The notes: a model not told the origin generated them from the letters alone. 64,000 nt of DNA from Gammaproteobacteria bacterium (GCA_021323735.1 JAJPKM010000014.1:32173-96172), one strand, 5' to 3'; shown: positions 38,866 through 48,935, numbered from the stretch's first letter. Translations and numbers: made by a program.

Positions 38866-41691
38866 TCAAAATGAGACATCAGCACGATCGATGAGCGATA
38901 GTTCAGTGCGTGCGCGGACCGACCGCCAATGTTTTGGCCCGTAGAGTGATTGATATATCTCAAAAACGGCGGTAAGCGAGTTTCGCGCTTTCACCTTATC
39001 ATTGTGCGCCAGTGCGAGAAGACCGCTTACTCGATGCCATTGAGCTGTGATTGGATGCACCTTCGGAAGGCGATTTAACGCAGTCATGGGAACGGCAGCC
39101 AACAATTGTTGTGCTTCGCCACCGCGACGTTGTGCAAGTAGCGCTTCAGCAAGCGACAGGCGTGCGGAAAACGTATTCGGATGCTGCGGACCCTCGGCCA
39201 ATTCAGTTAGTTCAACTGCTTTCTGGAGAGTAAGGGTCGCAGCGACCAATTTTCCCTGGCGTGCGTATGCCTCCCCTAGAGCCTGACGCACCGGTCCGCT
39301 GGAATCCGGTTCCAACGGCAATCCCTTATGCCGCTCATAGTACGCGGCGTTGAGCGAGTCATCGTAGGCCACAATTTCTGCGAGAACCAGTTCCGCCTCA
39401 GCCGGTTTGTCTTGCTGAAGCTGCATCAGGGCAGCGAAGTACCGCGGTCGCACGACTGTCCAAGTGTCGGGTGGTGCCCATCGGACACCGAGGTCTTGAG
39501 CGACTTTCAACTCAGCTTCCGCTTGCGCGTACTGGCCGGAGTCTGCTAGCGCCTTTCCCAAGTCCGCTCTTGCTTCCGCCACCAACTCATGCTTTTCGCC
39601 CAACGCGGTTGTCAACTGCGCGACGGCCTGGCGGAGTTGAGTCTCCGCTGCGCTGGATTCGGACAAATCGGTTAATATCTGCCCATAGTACAGCTCGGCT
39701 TTACCAAGAAGCTCTGGCAAATTGCTCTTGTGGGTATCAACCAATACGCTCTCAAATGCCGGCAATGATCGTGTCCAATCCCCTGCGAGATAGTATCCAT
39801 ACGCCAGTCGTAAGCGCAGATCGAGGATAATTGGCGCGGTCGGCGGCAACCGCTTCAGACCGGCAGCAAGAACTAGAGAGTAGTGCGGAATCGTCTCCTG
39901 TAGCTTGCCGAGCCCGTGGTCGATCCGTATCAATTCTGCAACGCTTCGGAGTGCAGGATCTGAGACCCCGCCATCTGGAGCAACACCCAGTTCCAAGGCG
40001 CGTTGGAAGTGTTGCACTCCAAGCGGACTTTCATAGAACGCCAAGAAGGAGCGGCCGAACACATAGTGAAGCTCGGCCGCAATGTCTGGCTGACCAGCGA
40101 AACGCTGGTCGATCTCGTTTCCGGCGCGAGTGAGCATCTGAATGACGGTCATGTCTTTCACGGACTCCACATCCGAGCTCACAGGCGCAAACACGTCCTT
40201 GCTCAGAAATTCCGTGACCGCCTGTGACTGCGCCGCCGCCATCGCGGTGCGCTTCTGTGCGTCGCGCTCTCTGATATAGAGAGTGGTACTGACGGCCGTT
40301 CCGATCAACAGTACGACCAGCGCCACCGCCAACCCAAACCGTCGAGCCTTCGCGCGATCCAGGAGGCGACGCGTCCGCTCCGCCTTGGCCTTCGCCTCGC
40401 GTTCGGCCTCCAATTGGCGCCGCCGCTCATCCAGTCCCCGCAAACGCCGCGCCAGGCCGTCTGCGTCCCCCACCCGCTCGGCCGGATTCCCCTCGGCCAT
40501 GAGCGCGATATCCTCACGTAACAGCTCATCATCGATGACGCGCTCCCAACCGGGCGACATGACCTTGTGAAAATCCCCGGCCAGAAACTGGTAAAGAATG
40601 ATGCCGAGCGCATAGATATCGCTCTTTACCGTGAAGGGCTGGCCCGCCAGGACCTCGGGGGCGAGATATAGCGGTGTTGCGGAACTGCTATCGATCGACG
40701 ACACCGTCTTGGTGAAACCCAACCGGGTAATCCCCAGTTCCTTGAGTCGATTGCCATCGAGCACGCCGCCGCTGCCAAAGTCACCCAGCAGGATCTCGAC
40801 CTGATTGTCTGCCAGAGGCTTGACGAGCACATTCGAGGGCTTTAAGTCCTTGTGGATGACGCCGACCGAATGAACCGCCGCAAGCGCGTCGGCGATCTTG
40901 GCGACGATCTCCAAGCGATCAGACAGGGATATGCCGGCAACTCCCCCTCGAACCGCGACCCAATCGACGAGGCTGCCGCCGGGGATGTAATCGGCTTCCA
41001 AGAAATACGGGATCTGCTCGAGGTTCCAATCGAGCAGCTTGACGACCTTGGCACTCTCCCCAAGTGTGTCATTGATGACCCGAAACAGCGTAATTTCGCG
41101 CTTCAGCGCGACTAGCGCTGCTTCTTCCAGAGCAAATTTGAAGACGCGTTGCTCATTGGTCTTATCATGGCGAGCTCGCCACGCATCGCCGTGTCCGCCG
41201 CTTCCCAACCGTTCAACCAAGCTCCACAGCGGTCGAGACGGCGGGTGCACGCCCGGGCGCAGATCAAATCGCGCCGGCTCCGGCGTTGCGACCGACTCAA
41301 CGCGAACCGGCGCTACGAAGCGATAGCCAAATCCGTAGGCAGTCTTGATGATCTCCTGATCGTCATCACCTAGGACATCCCGCAGCCGCCCGACGCACTT
41401 GGTTAAGACCGTTTCACTCAGGATGCGACCGGGCCAGATGCCTGCCAGTAACTCATCCTTGGTGCAGACCTCTCCCGCGTGCTGCAGCAGGTAGATCAAG
41501 ACTTCCAGGGGTTTGCGTTCGAGTTCCGCGTCGACGCCATCGACCAACAGCTCAAGGGTGCGCTCGTCGAGCATTGCACGCCCGAAGTGCCAGCGGCGAC
41601 GACTCGTGCCTGATGGTAAAGGCGCTATTGGCTGCGCTTGCTCGATCACTTCCCTAGTCCCTGAACCTTTTTTCCTTACTGCTCCCATCAT
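38866..41691 (-). CDS. Multidomain regulator: OmpR/PhoB-type winged-helix DNA-binding domain + Ser/Thr protein kinase + TM + TPR repeats
   Basis: N-terminal 'LEVLIYLLQHAGEVCTKDELLAGIWPGRILSE...YGFGYRFV' (trans_reg_C); kinase motifs 'HKDLKPSNVLV', 'LGDFG', 'PLYLAPE'; TM 'LAVALVVLLIGTAVSTTLYI'; C-terminal TPR-like helical repeats. Confidence 0.8.
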   Translation of the reverse strand: MMGAVRKKGSGTREVIEQAQPIAPLPSGTSRRRWHFGRAMLDERTLELLVDGVDAELERKPLEVLIYLLQHAGEVCTKDELLAGIWPGRILSETVLTKCVGRLRDVLGDDDQEIIKTAYGFGYRFVAPVRVESVATPEPARFDLRPGVHPPSRPLWSLVERLGSGGHGDAWRARHDKTNEQRVFKFALEEAALVALKREITLFRVINDTLGESAKVVKLLDWNLEQIPYFLEADYIPGGSLVDWVAVRGGVAGISLSDRLEIVAKIADALAAVHSVGVIHKDLKPSNVLVKPLADNQVEILLGDFGSGGVLDGNRLKELGITRLGFTKTVSSIDSSSATPLYLAPEVLAGQPFTVKSDIYALGIILYQFLAGDFHKVMSPGWERVIDDELLREDIALMAEGNPAERVGDADGLARRLRGLDERRRQLEAEREAKAKAERTRRLLDRAKARRFGLAVALVVLLIGTAVSTTLYIRERDAQKRTAMAAAQSQAVTEFLSKDVFAPVSSDVESVKDMTVIQMLTRAGNEIDQRFAGQPDIAAELHYVFGRSFLAFYESPLGVQHFQRALELGVAPDGGVSDPALRSVAELIRIDHGLGKLQETIPHYSLVLAAGLKRLPPTAPIILDLRLRLAYGYYLAGDWTRSLPAFESVLVDTHKSNLPELLGKAELYYGQILTDLSESSAAETQLRQAVAQLTTALGEKHELVAEARADLGKALADSGQYAQAEAELKVAQDLGVRWAPPDTWTVVRPRYFAALMQLQQDKPAEAELVLAEIVAYDDSLNAAYYERHKGLPLEPDSSGPVRQALGEAYARQGKLVAATLTLQKAVELTELAEGPQHPNTFSARLSLAEALLAQRRGGEAQQLLAAVPMTALNRLPKVHPITAQWHRVSGLLALAHNDKVKARNSLTAVFEIYQSLYGPKHWRSVRARTELSLIDRADVSF

Positions 41692-41999
41692 GCCAGAACC
41701 TAAACTAACGGACTACGGCGCACGCCTAAAAATAAACCTGACTGAAATCAGGTATTTGCCCAAGTCAGTTTCTTTTCATGAGTTTTTCAGTGGAGGGTCA
41801 GGATTTCTGCCCCCCTTCCCGCCAGATTGCGATTCCGCCGGGACACGTCGTCTTGGCAAGGGCTCAAAAGGAATCGCCGATGTTCAGACGGGTCATAGGT
41901 GCGGTGTCTAGCGAAAAACGGCCAAGAGCAACGACTGCTCAAGATCGGTCGGACATCCGTGGATTGACCCAGCATTCGCAGCTTAGCGCCTCGCGAGTT

Positions 42000-43217
42000 A
42001 TGGATAGCAACCGGCCAAGGACGGCCACCCCCAATCCCGCTCGATCTTGGGTCCGTCTGCTGGTCGTATCGCTTGTATCAACCGTCACCCTGACCGGCTG
42101 CCTACGCCCCTATTCCAAGTCCGTCTTCGATCCCCCGACCGCCCAATTCCCCGGCATCACCAGCCAGTGGCACGGTAAGTCAAACAGCGACATTCGCGTC
42201 CTGTTCGTACACGGCATCTGCACCCACGATGAGAAGAACTGGATCACCGACGGGTGGGATCAAGTCATAACAGGGTACTTCCCATCCGTAACCATGCCTC
42301 CGGCGCAAACTTCACAGGTTGGCCAGGTCCAAATCGTGGACCAGGAATATCAGATAGGCGCAAACAGGATCTCTGGTCGTTACCTGATCTGGTCCGCGCT
42401 GACCAAAGACGACAAGACCAAGCTCCTCTACGACGACCGGCCAACGGACAATCCCGCGGGTCAGTTCAAGTGGAAACGCGCGAAGCTCAACGGCGAGCTC
42501 AAGGCTTCCCTGCTCAATGACTGCCTCGCCGACGCCGTGATCTACGCCGGCTACCGCGGCGCCGAAATTCAAACCGCGATGCAGAACGCGATCTGCGCGG
42601 CGCTCGACGGTATGACGTCCAACAACACCTGCACCTTCCCGGCCACCTACGGCCATGGCAGCCGAAGAATTGTCATCGTCACCGAGAGCCTCGGCAGCCG
42701 CATGGTGTTCGACGCCATCTCGGCGCTGAAAATCGAGGCGGAAAGAAAAGGCACTCTCGCCGCCTTCGACGAAGCGGTATCCCCGATCACCCAGATCTAC
42801 ATGCTCGCCAACCAATTGCCAATTCTGGCGCTGGCCAAGCCCACACTCATGCAAGCCGCCTCTACGGATTCAAGCGCCTCCAAAACACCCAGCATGGCAA
42901 CAGCACTCAGCGTGCTTTCAGAATCGCGAGCGAGACATGAAAGGAAGCGCGAGAACGATCCGCAACTAAAGGCTACGGAGCCGAAACTCAGCATTGTCGC
43001 CTTCACCGACCCGAACGACCTATTGAGCTATCGCCTTCAGCCCAACGACCCCGCCGTTGTTGGTGCTAATACGAGAGTGGTCAACGTGATTACTAGCAAT
43101 GACTACAGCTACTTCGGACTAGTTGAAAACCCACTGACAGCGCATGAGGGATATGACTTGAACAAGGATGCGCTGCGGTTGCTGTTTGGCGGATCGGCGC
43201 GACTACGTCTTCATTAG
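42000..43217 (+). CDS. Putative lipoprotein, possibly alpha/beta-hydrolase-like
   Basis: Lipobox '...VTLTGC'; start uncertain (41778, 41880 or 42000); 'VLFVHGICTHDE' and 'VIVTESLGSRMVFD' are hydrolase-like. Confidence 0.4.
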   Translation: MDSNRPRTATPNPARSWVRLLVVSLVSTVTLTGCLRPYSKSVFDPPTAQFPGITSQWHGKSNSDIRVLFVHGICTHDEKNWITDGWDQVITGYFPSVTMPPAQTSQVGQVQIVDQEYQIGANRISGRYLIWSALTKDDKTKLLYDDRPTDNPAGQFKWKRAKLNGELKASLLNDCLADAVIYAGYRGAEIQTAMQNAICAALDGMTSNNTCTFPATYGHGSRRIVIVTESLGSRMVFDAISALKIEAERKGTLAAFDEAVSPITQIYMLANQLPILALAKPTLMQAASTDSSASKTPSMATALSVLSESRARHERKRENDPQLKATEPKLSIVAFTDPNDLLSYRLQPNDPAVVGANTRVVNVITSNDYSYFGLVENPLTAHEGYDLNKDALRLLFGGSARLRLH

Positions 43218-43234
43218 GTCAATAGCAGGCAGAC

Positions 43235-44161
43235 GTGATGGCGACTCCGCAGGAAATCAAAGTGCTAGTAGCGATGGAGCTAAGAATGCTGAATCGACAA
43301 TATTGTTTTAGCCGGTCAAAAAATCGCCGGATCCACACCGCGTTCTCAGTAAAGTCGTCTCTTGTGCTCGGTTTAATAATGGTTTTTAGTCTAAATCACG
43401 CGGAGGCAGTAGGAGCGGCGCTAACGAAAGCGTCCGCTACCGGCGCCGCCGCGAAGGCTCAAAGCACGAATGAGTTTTATGCGGAATTTACGGCACTCAG
43501 CTTGAGACACAATGCCGACCTTAGTGGTACCGCCGTCGCCGTAAGGAAAGTGAAAGCCTGGGTTTCCCCCACTGACGACAAGTCGCCGCCTACAGCATAC
43601 AAAATTCGTTTGATCACCTGGATTTGTGTCGAAACGGAACCGGCCAATTGCCCTACTGCCGGCGATCCTGGCATCTATTACGCCAGCAGCCAGGACTATG
43701 CAGCAGATAAAGATCTTTCACTAGGCATTTCATACGGTGTGCTAGCAGTGCCGTTCAAATACCACTTTAACGATCGCGCTTTAACCGGAGGCTCTACTAT
43801 CGGCGGGTATCTCGGGTTTACCCAAGATTGGGGATTTACGCAGGTATCAGAGATTTTTGGAGCCGGGCTGGCGCTCGTGTCCACAACGGCAGCAACGTCG
43901 AATTTCTCAAACGCTGCACCTACAGGTGCGAGCTCCCGTGCGTTCAGCACGGATGCGGCAACTGCCACGTCAGGGACTACACCAAGTACCAGTACGTTGA
44001 CTGGGTTGTCAATTGCCGCAGGCTTATTGGGGAAGCTAGGAAGTACCAACACGCAATTCGGGGTTCTGATTGGAACCGATCTAGTGGAAAAATCCGCGAG
44101 CTACAAATACAACGGCAAGGTCTGGCTGTCATTTTCGGTCGGTTACAACTTCTCCAACTAA
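43235..44161 (+). CDS. Secreted Ala/Thr/Ser-rich hypothetical protein
   Basis: Signal-like N-terminus; low-complexity A/T/S-rich middle; beta-rich C-terminus. Confidence 0.4.
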   Translation: MMATPQEIKVLVAMELRMLNRQYCFSRSKNRRIHTAFSVKSSLVLGLIMVFSLNHAEAVGAALTKASATGAAAKAQSTNEFYAEFTALSLRHNADLSGTAVAVRKVKAWVSPTDDKSPPTAYKIRLITWICVETEPANCPTAGDPGIYYASSQDYAADKDLSLGISYGVLAVPFKYHFNDRALTGGSTIGGYLGFTQDWGFTQVSEIFGAGLALVSTTAATSNFSNAAPTGASSRAFSTDAATATSGTTPSTSTLTGLSIAAGLLGKLGSTNTQFGVLIGTDLVEKSASYKYNGKVWLSFSVGYNFSN

Positions 44162-44260
44162 ACATTCAGCCCAGATTCCGCCCTGCTGACCTGGAAAGGG
44201 TCCAACAACCGGAAACCTGGCGTAGAGCAACAACGAAATCATCGCAAAGGAGGCTAATTC

Positions 44261-44800
44261 ATGAGCGACAACCAGTTTTTTGACGCATTGCGTGTATTCG
44301 ACGGGTCGCGGCCAGTGAGCGCCGCAGTGATCGCAGCTCCTCGGCCGGCAGCATCAAGCAATGATCTTTGCTCGACCTACGCCACGGTGCGCCCCGTTTT
44401 CGAGGGAGTATTGCCGTTCCTAAAGGCAATTCCTGGTATCGGTCCGCGAATTGGCACAGCCATTGAAGCATTAGTCGCTGCACTCGACGTCGTGTGCCCG
44501 CGCTCCTCGGGTCCGACACTCAACGCTCTGACGATGACATATGGTCGAAGTAATGATGCGTTTTTCGATGCGCTTCGAGCCTTTCCGGCACCGACGGCGA
44601 GCGCGGCGCTCACTCCAGCGATGGCCGCAATCACTTTGCCGGATGTCTGCGCCTTGTACAAAAAGGTCAAGCCGATTCTAGACACCGTGGTCCCAATTAT
44701 CGGCTTGATTCCTGGCTTTGGTACTGCCGCGGCAACCGCCATACGCGCGTTAATGGCCATACTTGATTCGATTTGTCCCTCAGGAAGCGACACACCGTAG
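44261..44800 (+). CDS. Hypothetical protein built from an internal tandem duplication of an ~85-aa Cys-containing module
   Basis: Halves 'NQFFDALRVF...LCSTYATVRPVFEGVLPFLKAIPGIGPRIGTAIEALVAALDVVCP' and 'NDAFFDALRAF...VCALYKKVKPILDTVVPIIGLIPGFGTAAATAIRALMAILDSICP' align residue by residue. Confidence 0.5.
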   Translation: MSDNQFFDALRVFDGSRPVSAAVIAAPRPAASSNDLCSTYATVRPVFEGVLPFLKAIPGIGPRIGTAIEALVAALDVVCPRSSGPTLNALTMTYGRSNDAFFDALRAFPAPTASAALTPAMAAITLPDVCALYKKVKPILDTVVPIIGLIPGFGTAAATAIRALMAILDSICPSGSDTP

Positions 44801-44837
44801 CTTTATGGCACATCGAAGGATAGAGGGGGATGTTCAA

Positions 44838-45716
44838 ATGACTCAGCTTGTCTGCACACCCAAGAGATTGCCGGTTGCCCAGTGGGCAGCGGCGGCCACC
44901 CAAGCGATTAACATTAATCCGCTTAACTACACTCCGCTGCATCGCCTGACGGCATTGATTCCTGATTTTCAGCCGACCCGTGAACGAATTGCCGTCTTGA
45001 CGACTAAGTATTGGCATACGAACGGCGTAAAACTCACTGTCGGCTTTCTCGACGGTGCGCCGCAAGACCTGCGCGCGCGGATACTGCTGCACATGAATGC
45101 CTGGTCTTCGAGGATCAATGCGCAGTTCGTGGAAACTAGTACCGATCCGCAAGTGCGCATCGCGCGTACGGCGGACAGCGGCTATTGGTCCTATCTGGGG
45201 ACCGACATCCTCAGCATTGCGTCCGGTGAGCCGACCATGAACCTCGAGGCATTCACTATGGATACTCCAGAGTCAGAGTTCCATCGCGTTGTACGTCACG
45301 AGACAGGACACACCCTCGGTTGCCCGCACGAACACATGCGCGCGGAACTCGTAAACTTGATTGATCCCGCTAAGGCGATAACCTACTTTGGGGCCACACA
45401 GGGTTGGAGTGCAGAGGAAGTCCGGCAACAAGTACTAACCCCGATCGAGGAATCTTCCCTACTGGGAACGGCGCATCCGGACCCCAACTCGATCATGTGC
45501 TATCAAATTCCGGGTTCAGTTACCAAATCTGGTCAACCGATACTCGGCGGGACCGACATCGACGAGCTCGACTATCAATTCATGGCTCAGATTTATCCCA
45601 ATCCAAGTCTGGATGCCTCGCCGGCGAATATTGGCAAGTTGAATGCGCTACTTGAGCGAGCCCAGGACGACCGCGACGCACTCAAGAAGGCACTCGCAAT
45701 ATTTGCTCGGGAATGA
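44838..45716 (+). CDS. Astacin-like (M12A) zinc metalloprotease
   Basis: Extended metzincin motif 'HETGHTLGCPHEH' (HExxHxxGxxHE) and Met-turn 'SIMCY'. Strong RBS 'GAGGGGGA' before the ATG at 44838. Confidence 0.75.
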   Translation: MTQLVCTPKRLPVAQWAAAATQAININPLNYTPLHRLTALIPDFQPTRERIAVLTTKYWHTNGVKLTVGFLDGAPQDLRARILLHMNAWSSRINAQFVETSTDPQVRIARTADSGYWSYLGTDILSIASGEPTMNLEAFTMDTPESEFHRVVRHETGHTLGCPHEHMRAELVNLIDPAKAITYFGATQGWSAEEVRQQVLTPIEESSLLGTAHPDPNSIMCYQIPGSVTKSGQPILGGTDIDELDYQFMAQIYPNPSLDASPANIGKLNALLERAQDDRDALKKALAIFARE

Positions 45717-46041
45717 CGTCATTTGAAAGGACCTCATCGTGCAATCCGGGTACGTCCTTGGAAGCGCCAAGAAATTGAGGTATGGCTGGCGCAAACGACT
45801 GACGAACGGCGCCGGCAAGGCGGGGACTGATCGACGAGGACTTCACACGTACAGGCGCGAGCACCCATCTCACCGGACCAAGTACAGATCTACTTTGTCC
45901 ACCAGCCAACAGAGATTTGGAAATAGCACTCCTCGATACTTCGAGCAGGGGTGCGGCGTGGTGCACACACTGGTTGACTGTAAGACATTTTCGGGGTTAC
46001 ATTCATTTAGAGTTGTAATGGACAGCAACAAGGAGCATGGA

Positions 46042-46266
46042 ATGGCTAATGTATTTGTCGAGCCTCGACCGAAAGGCCGCCCGGAAGGCACTCCCATCTC
46101 AGACTATGTAGTCGAGCTTGCCGGTGGACAAACCATTGGAGGGACCTTCGCAACTCAAGCGCAGGCTGCCCAGTTCGCAAGGCAGCAGGGACATCATCCT
46201 CTTTGCGCTCGAGTACGCCACACGGATAAGGGAAATCCTGATCATTGGCGCTCCTGTCCCCCATAG
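46042..46266 (+). CDS. DUF2188-family small protein
   Basis: 'MANVFVEPRPKGRPEGTP...TFATQAQAAQFARQQGHHPLCARVRHTDKGNPDHWRS' matches the DUF2188 pattern; AAGGAG RBS 7 nt upstream of the start. Confidence 0.55.
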   Translation: MANVFVEPRPKGRPEGTPISDYVVELAGGQTIGGTFATQAQAAQFARQQGHHPLCARVRHTDKGNPDHWRSCPP

Positions 46267-46451
46267 CTGCTTAGGTACAGGCGCCCGGGCATCCCTACCC
46301 CTCGCGCGACATTGCCACATCCCGCATTGAGCTTCACTGATAACTCATTCCTCGCAGACATCGCTTTTCATTTAAAAGGAGCTTTTTCTCGCATTCGGAG
46401 ACTTCTGCTAGCGAAGCGCGAACAGGCATATAGACCACCAGAGTTGCGAGG

Positions 46452-47297
46452 TTAGACGATGGCGAACCTGGTGGCTGGGGAAATTCTTTCCTGAAGTGCG
46501 GCGATGATCTGTAGGAGCTCGACGCGGGCCTCGGCTTGCAAACCCATGCACTTCGATATTCCTTCGGCGTCCGTGCTTAGCCGAGCCGCTAGTGAAAGCA
46601 GCAATGACTTGTCGGGCTGCGCGACGAAACTATAGGCGTGCATATGCATGGAGTCGCCGAGTGTTGCCGGGTTGCGCAAGTGTGCGAAATTGAATTCCTT
46701 GGTCATGTACGCCAGAAGCTTGTCCTGAATGACTAGGACTAGTTTCTTGTTGACGTGCTCGAAAGTTTCAATCTTGTGATGCATTTGAACCAAGATCGTT
46801 TTCGCCGTCATTTTCCAGTTCATGCCGTATGGTTTATCAGACTTCTCTGCAACGTCGTTCCGAGGTACGCCAAGCTCGCTCAAAAGACGTTGCCGCTCTG
46901 GCCAGACGGTGCCGGTTGTATCGAGCGTTTGAAGCTCGATGCCGACAAAGTCGCGAACTTTGTCGCCTTTGACCGATACGAGGAAATAGTCGACGCTTCC
47001 GCCCGGAACTGAAATCTCGGAAACGATGTGCAACTCGTTGCCAGGCTCATGTGTCGTGAGCAAATGAAGGCAATCCGCGAAGATTTGGCGTCGATCGATG
47101 AGCCGCGTTGGACAAATTATGAACGGTTCAGGCGGCTTGCCGTAGAGGACTGTGCAAGAGCCGATGGCGGTCGAAGGATCGCTTTTGCGGACCTTGTAGC
47201 ACATCTTCCCCAGAAACGGACATTGCTGCTCCTTTACGATCTTCTTCCAGTTATTCTTTTCCTTTGTGGAGTGCCCGAAGAGTTCGACCACCATGCT
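46452..47297 (-). CDS. Putative type II restriction endonuclease (partner of the upstream methyltransferase)
   Basis: Immediately downstream of, and co-directional with, a SPPY-motif DNA methyltransferase. Start chosen at the internal Met abutting the MTase stop; no catalytic motif recognised. Confidence 0.5.
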   Translation of the reverse strand, partial: SMVVELFGHSTKEKNNWKKIVKEQQCPFLGKMCYKVRKSDPSTAIGSCTVLYGKPPEPFIICPTRLIDRRQIFADCLHLLTTHEPGNELHIVSEISVPGGSVDYFLVSVKGDKVRDFVGIELQTLDTTGTVWPERQRLLSELGVPRNDVAEKSDKPYGMNWKMTAKTILVQMHHKIETFEHVNKKLVLVIQDKLLAYMTKEFNFAHLRNPATLGDSMHMHAYSFVAQPDKSLLLSLAARLSTDAEGISKCMGLQAEARVELLQIIAALQERISPATRFAIV

Positions 47298-48451
47298 CAT
47301 ATGAGCGATTCGCATCGCTGCGCGGTGAACTCCAAATATTCCGAGGACAAGTCGATCCCGATCGACCTTCTTCGCATGTTTCGCGCGGCCAGCAATGTGG
47401 TGCCGGTTCCGCAGAAGGGATCCAACACAATGCCCCCTTCCGGACACGTAGCCAAGATTGGAATGCGGCACAAATCCATTGGATATGGAGCGAAATGTGA
47501 CTCCCGCTTCTGCGTGTCTTCTGGAATAATGTCCCAAACATCAGCGGGCTTGCTGCCATTGGGGTGATACTTTAGAAAGTAGAATCCCTTCGTAAGTAGC
47601 TCTTTGGCGCGACCTGACACGTTTTCTTTGTCGGAGTGCGTCGTTCGTTGCTGGCCACGAATGATCATTCGAAAATCAGATATGCGTCCACCTGCGACGT
47701 CGCCGAGGATCCCTTCGAGCGCCCGGAACGCATTTGCCTTCTCAGACTCATCTAATGCGGTAGTCAGCTCGAGTTGCCGCTTGTAGCGAATTCCAGAAAC
47801 TCCCGTCGCAGAGATGACCGAACCGTTTACAATCTTCGTCTCACGTGGTTTGGATCGGATTGCGTCCGCGTTGTAATAGTAGCCTTTGGGCTGCTTCACG
47901 AAGTGGAACACATGTTCGTGGACGTTGCCTAGCCGATCTTTAGTATTGTCCATTCCACTCTTGACCTTGTTCCATATGACACTGTTGCGCAGCGTCCATC
48001 CTTGGTTATCGGTCATTTCCAGTGCAACGCGCCACGGTATTCCCAGGAGGCGCTTATTTTCGTAGGTGTCACCGATATTTAGCCAGAATGATCCCTCTGC
48101 CTTAAGGATCCGCTTCAGTTCTAGGAAAATATCTGCAAGCGCCCGCACGAAGTGCCGATAGTCGCCTTCAAGTCCGATTCCACCTTCAGCGTACTCTCGC
48201 TTGCCCCAGTAGGGCGGCGATGTCATGGCAAAATCCACCGTATTTTCGGGCAGGTCCTTTAGGATGGTAAGCGCATCGCCTTGAAGTAGCAGCGGCCGCA
48301 AGTCCCGATCGGTCGAATAATCATTGAAAGCGGCCCGCCAACCTCTCTTGTGGACATGAATGCAATGCGAAGATCGATTCGGGGAAGCGGCCTCTCTCGG
48401 GAAAGATCCATCAATTCCGTGTTCATGGCTAGTGTCCAGCATTTGTTCCAT
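47297..48451 (-). CDS. DNA methyltransferase (beta-class N4-cytosine/N6-adenine; DPPY/SPPY family)
   Basis: Motif IV 'TSPPYWG' near the N-terminus and motif I 'DPFCGTGTT' near the C-terminus, which is the beta-group order. Confidence 0.8.
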   Translation of the reverse strand: MEQMLDTSHEHGIDGSFPREAASPNRSSHCIHVHKRGWRAAFNDYSTDRDLRPLLLQGDALTILKDLPENTVDFAMTSPPYWGKREYAEGGIGLEGDYRHFVRALADIFLELKRILKAEGSFWLNIGDTYENKRLLGIPWRVALEMTDNQGWTLRNSVIWNKVKSGMDNTKDRLGNVHEHVFHFVKQPKGYYYNADAIRSKPRETKIVNGSVISATGVSGIRYKRQLELTTALDESEKANAFRALEGILGDVAGGRISDFRMIIRGQQRTTHSDKENVSGRAKELLTKGFYFLKYHPNGSKPADVWDIIPEDTQKRESHFAPYPMDLCRIPILATCPEGGIVLDPFCGTGTTLLAARNMRRRSIGIDLSSEYLEFTAQRCESLI

Positions 48452-48935
48452 GGTGAATGGTCCGGAATATTACTCGGCGGATCTTGATCTTGGGTGTCGC
48501 TTCGTCATTAAGCACGTCGCAAAAGTGCTCATCGGAAGTCTACCGTATTTCGATAATGGCGTCCCGTTGCCGCATCCCGGCCACTGTTGGGGCAAACGGT
48601 ACGATCCGCTCGGCTGAGCGCAAGGTCAGAGGTCCCGCACCCGCCCCGCACGGCTTTAGCCTTCGTTTCCTCGATTACATGTGAACTCTGTATTGTTTGC
48701 GGTTATAGGGTGAAACTTTCCAGATGCATTGGCATCCGCGGCCGGGCAACCTCGGCATTATGACGACCCAGGTCGGATGGTTACGACTGATGGCAGATAG
48801 TGACTTTTGCGCTTCTATGAAAAGGAGGTACGAAAAGTTCGTTCCCCACGAGGGCGGTGGTTAAGAGTGCAGAATACGCATTTAGGCGCTGGTGCGAGCC
48901 CGCGGCCACCCACCGATTTGCGAAATATCTACACT

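Noticed and set aside
46452-47537. Full-length 361-aa version of the putative restriction enzyme ORF
   Set aside because: Its first 80 codons overlap the methyltransferase gene by 240 bp. A start at the internal Met abutting the MTase stop is more consistent with operon organisation.
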